A stretch of 64,000 bases of DNA from Cetorhinus maximus (taxonomy: Eukaryota), in NCBI RefSeq assembly GCF_964194155.1, contig NC_135880.1, positions 221,836,001-221,900,000 on the forward strand. Direction: 5' to 3'. The position numbers and the translations under genes were made by a program. This document shows positions 61,068-64,000 of the stretch, piece by piece. Positions within the stretch are counted from its first letter, which is position 1. Every line of letters starts with the position of its first letter. The notes beneath the pieces were generated by a model. It had not been told where the DNA came from, ran no database searches, and worked only from the letters and a program-made list of their open reading frames with translations.

Positions 61068-63240
61068 ACAGAATCTTCCAGTCCCACCAGCAGCATGAAT
61101 CGTGGCACTTAATTTGGCGATAGGCAAAAAAATCTGTTTCCTGACAGCAGGATGAGCTGTTTGAATTTTGTACTCGTGACTTTTAAGGTGGGTTAAAGAT
61201 GAACAAACATACATTAACATCTCATGCGTGCTCACTGAAAGACCACCTCGCTGGAATTAATTTCGCCCTCCAAATTAAGTTCCCCGCCAGCGAGAATTTA
61301 GAATGTTCAGTTTTACAGCTTTATATAAGCCGTGTGCCCCTGGTGAGCCTCACCTCTTCCATGACTTTGAGGTCAGTACACGCTGCTTTTGCCTACTTGG
61401 GGACCATGCATAGCCCCACTCGAGTGCAAAAGCTGCACCAAGACTGTACCAGGGAGGCAGGCTGAGGGGGGAAGGAGGGGGGGAAGAGTGTGCCTTAGAG
61501 GGCGGGGTCGGTGGTGGGGTCCTGGGAGGTGATGGGAGGGAATAATCAGTCACAGGGGGAGCAGGATGTGGTAGGGTAGCAGGACTAGAATGAGAGTCTG
61601 GTAGGTGAAGGTGTCATCGGGGCTGGGAGGTGGGGGGGTGTGCGCGGGGTGGTGGGTAACGGAAGGGGACAAGACAGGTGGTTCAAATAACAGGAGGGGG
61701 CAGGGTCAGGTTGGACATGGGGACAGTAACAGGTGTCAACTCTGAGGGGAGGAAAGGCACCTGGAGGTGGATCATAAAGGGTCCAGGGTAACAGCAGGGA
61801 GCGGTTCAAGGGTGACAGATGGGGGAGGAATGGTGATTTTGGCTGGGTCAAGGGTGATGGGGGGAAGTTGGTGGGTGACAGGGGGAGGGTAGAATCCAGT
61901 GGAGTGAGTTTGGAAGGTATTGCGCACCATTTTCCAAATCTGACCACACAGTTAGTCAGTCAGTGAGATCCCTCAAAGTGGGAGGAGGGTCTTTTCGGGT
62001 GGGTGGAGTTTAAGGTCAGCACAAGCGGCCGACTAAAGGGACATCCTAATAACCATGAGACAGCCGATGTCAGCCGTACTCAGTTGTGGTCTCCTCTCTA
62101 TGGTGAAGCCCACATTGCAGCAGGTTTGTTCCCAACTCATGGGTCTCATAACCTCGAGATCCCAGCAAGGTCAGGGGCTGCCGTTCATTCTGTGCCATTT
62201 GCCATCGGCTGCAGTCAGAGGCAGGGATGAAGGGAGGGAGGGAGGTGGATGCCCCCAGGGGGCACAGCTGGTGGAGGGCAGCCAACTTGCGACTTCAAAC
62301 CTCCATCATCCCGGGTGAATAGTCATGGCTGACAAGGACTCGGGCAGTTAGTCTTTCTACGCTGCCAGGGCAATGGTCTCGATATAGAGTCTCGAGGGTA
62401 GTGGTGACAGGCGGGATAGTGTCAGAGGGAGACCTCTCGCACAGGCCTCTCATCACCCTGGTCAAAGAGCAATGTCTCCATGTGCAGTCACGTATGAACA
62501 GGAGGAACATCCATCTCCGGTCCTCCAGGATGTCCTTCACCTGGAAGGGGTGGGGTAGGGACGCCACGTCTAGACAGAGGCCAGGTGAAGGGTTTAGCAC
62601 TTGCCTGCTGGCTTTGAGGGGAGGGAAACCTGTTAAGGACAGGCTCACTAAATTTATCACTTCAATTCGTTCACACATCTGCTGAGGCATCGGTGATGCG
62701 GGCTGCAGGCAACCCTGCCCTTGGTAATGGCCTCATCCCGATGAGGAGAAGGAGGGCCCATCGCAGGTTGGCACAGGGCCAGGAGGGTCAAGGGCCGAGC
62801 AGATGGGGCCTCTAGAAGGTCAAGATGCTGGCGAACAGGGTGAACATTGCACCGGTGAGCAGTGACCCGACCATGGGTGTATCGCAGGCGGTGTTCTTAT
62901 CTAGAGACGAGGGGAAGGCAGTGCCAGAGGCTCCCTCGCATGTCCCGCCAGCTCCTCCAGTGCGAGCCGTGACTGTAAGGACTCTGGAGCAGGGCTCCTG
63001 GCCTGCGGTGAGGGAATGGTTGACCCGGTGCCATTTCAATATGGCGCCAGGACCTCCGACCACCCCCACCCCCCCCAAACGAGGCTACAAGATTTGCCGC
63101 GCTCTTTGCGGACGCATAGCCAATGGGATGAACCGTGGACGATCATGTGAGTTCATGCCCATCCCGCCGCCCTGCGGGTACCATGCCGACTTTCCTGCCC
63201 ACCACCGGACCTGGACTCCGGGAGGGAAGAAGGTTCCTCC
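61068..63240. mobile_element. degenerate, internally deleted PIF/Harbinger transposon
   Basis: Harbinger-like termini; plus-strand remnant PWVYRRRCSYLE..QCQRL.RMSR resembling a Harbinger transposase N-terminus; possible divergent Myb/SANT-like remnant on the minus strand. Confidence 0.55.
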
Positions 63241-63788
63241 GTGTTGCTGCTCCACAAGAGCCTCTCCCTCATCCCCCTCCTCATCTCACCCTATCAGCAC
63301 ATTCCTCCAGTCCTCCACGCCTGGCTTCCCCTATGGAGGCATCTATAACACAGGTCGAATGGTTAATTTCCTGAATGTCCCCTCACAGCCCAAATAAGGG
63401 GATAAAAATGTGGAGGGATCACTGATTCCAGCGCCCAGTAAGAGGGCGTCTATCCCACAGCATCACCAGTTTGCAGATTCTGGTGATTTGCTCTCTATTG
63501 TGGTTAATATTTTTTTACCCCCACCCTCCAAGTGGCAGTAAATTCATTTCTGACTAATGATATACTCACCCCAGTCCGCCCAGCTTCTCCAAAGCACAGA
63601 GAATGAGCCCCTTTCCATTCCGGTACTCGCAGTTCCAGCCATATTAGACCTCGCTTCGGTCCGCCTTTGCCAAGCCCTGGGAGAGTTCTGGACCTCCCAT
63701 CCTCACCGACAACCTCCTTCCTGCCACCCCCCCACCCACCACCCACACCCCCTCCCCTTTCCTTTTTTTTCTCCCGGGGAAATTCGCA

Positions 63789-63867
63789 ATGAAACTTCAT
63801 GTCAGACCGGTTCTTCCTCGCCCACACTCCGCCTTACTCGGGCTGATGCTGCTGTCCAGTGGCTGGG
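63789..63867 (+). CDS. scn2b: scn2b coding exon 1, sodium channel beta-2 signal peptide (MKLHVRPVLPRPHSALLGLMLLSSGW); gene continues past the window end
   Basis: LPRP followed by a hydrophobic core resembles the human SCN2B leader (..WLPRPAFSLTGLSL..). Perfect phase-1 donor G|gtaagt. Lies directly downstream of the JAML-like gene, as in the tetrapod JAML-SCN2B order. Confidence 0.7.
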
Positions 63868-64000
63868 GTAAGTTGCATTTGTCTTTTTTCTCAACACCAG
63901 ATTTTTCGTTGGAAGGAAAACAAAGGTTTAGTGGGGGTAGGGGGGGGGGGGAGGAGGGAGAGAGAGAGAGGGAGAGAGGAGGGGAGGGGGGGGGTGGTGA

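Noticed and set aside
62825-63397. 190-aa ORF as a host gene
   Set aside because: Runs through GC-rich transposon-derived DNA; the transposase-like similarity is in a different frame.

Overview
Eukaryotic, intron-rich, repeat-dense vertebrate DNA. The repeat complement (Deu-domain SINEs, CR1/L2/Tx1 LINEs, Penelope elements, Harbinger and hAT MITEs, characteristic minisatellites) points to a cartilaginous fish, most likely a shark. Almost all ORFs in the supplied track are spurious or transposon-derived; the real genes had to be assembled by hand from GT-AG exons. Four genes are present. (1) Minus strand: the first 8 coding exons (253 aa; ATG at 15710, running off the left edge) of gkup, the glucuronokinase/putative UDP-sugar pyrophosphorylase known from fish. 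(2) Plus strand, divergent from gkup: a complete sc5d (lathosterol oxidase, 297 aa, CDS 27315-31826) with a CpG/CCAAT/SRE-like promoter near 23.7-24.1 kb. (3) Plus strand: a type I membrane receptor of the MPZ/SCN-beta/JAML family (~297 aa, CDS 41128-55255), probably a JAML orthologue, but with only one Ig V domain and a YVTM motif. (4) Coding exon 1 of scn2b at 63789-63867, whose position supports the JAML call. Notable non-coding structure: minimal hammerhead ribozyme cores in the Penelope repeats (some in fold-back pairs), a templated-insertion-like patchwork at 371-430, minisatellites bracketing an Ig exon, an overlapping uORF on sc5d, and several nested insertions with target-site duplications. 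No wholly novel multi-gene system can be demonstrated from the sequence alone. Gene identities rest on recalled homologue sequences, not on a database search, and repeat boundaries are approximate.
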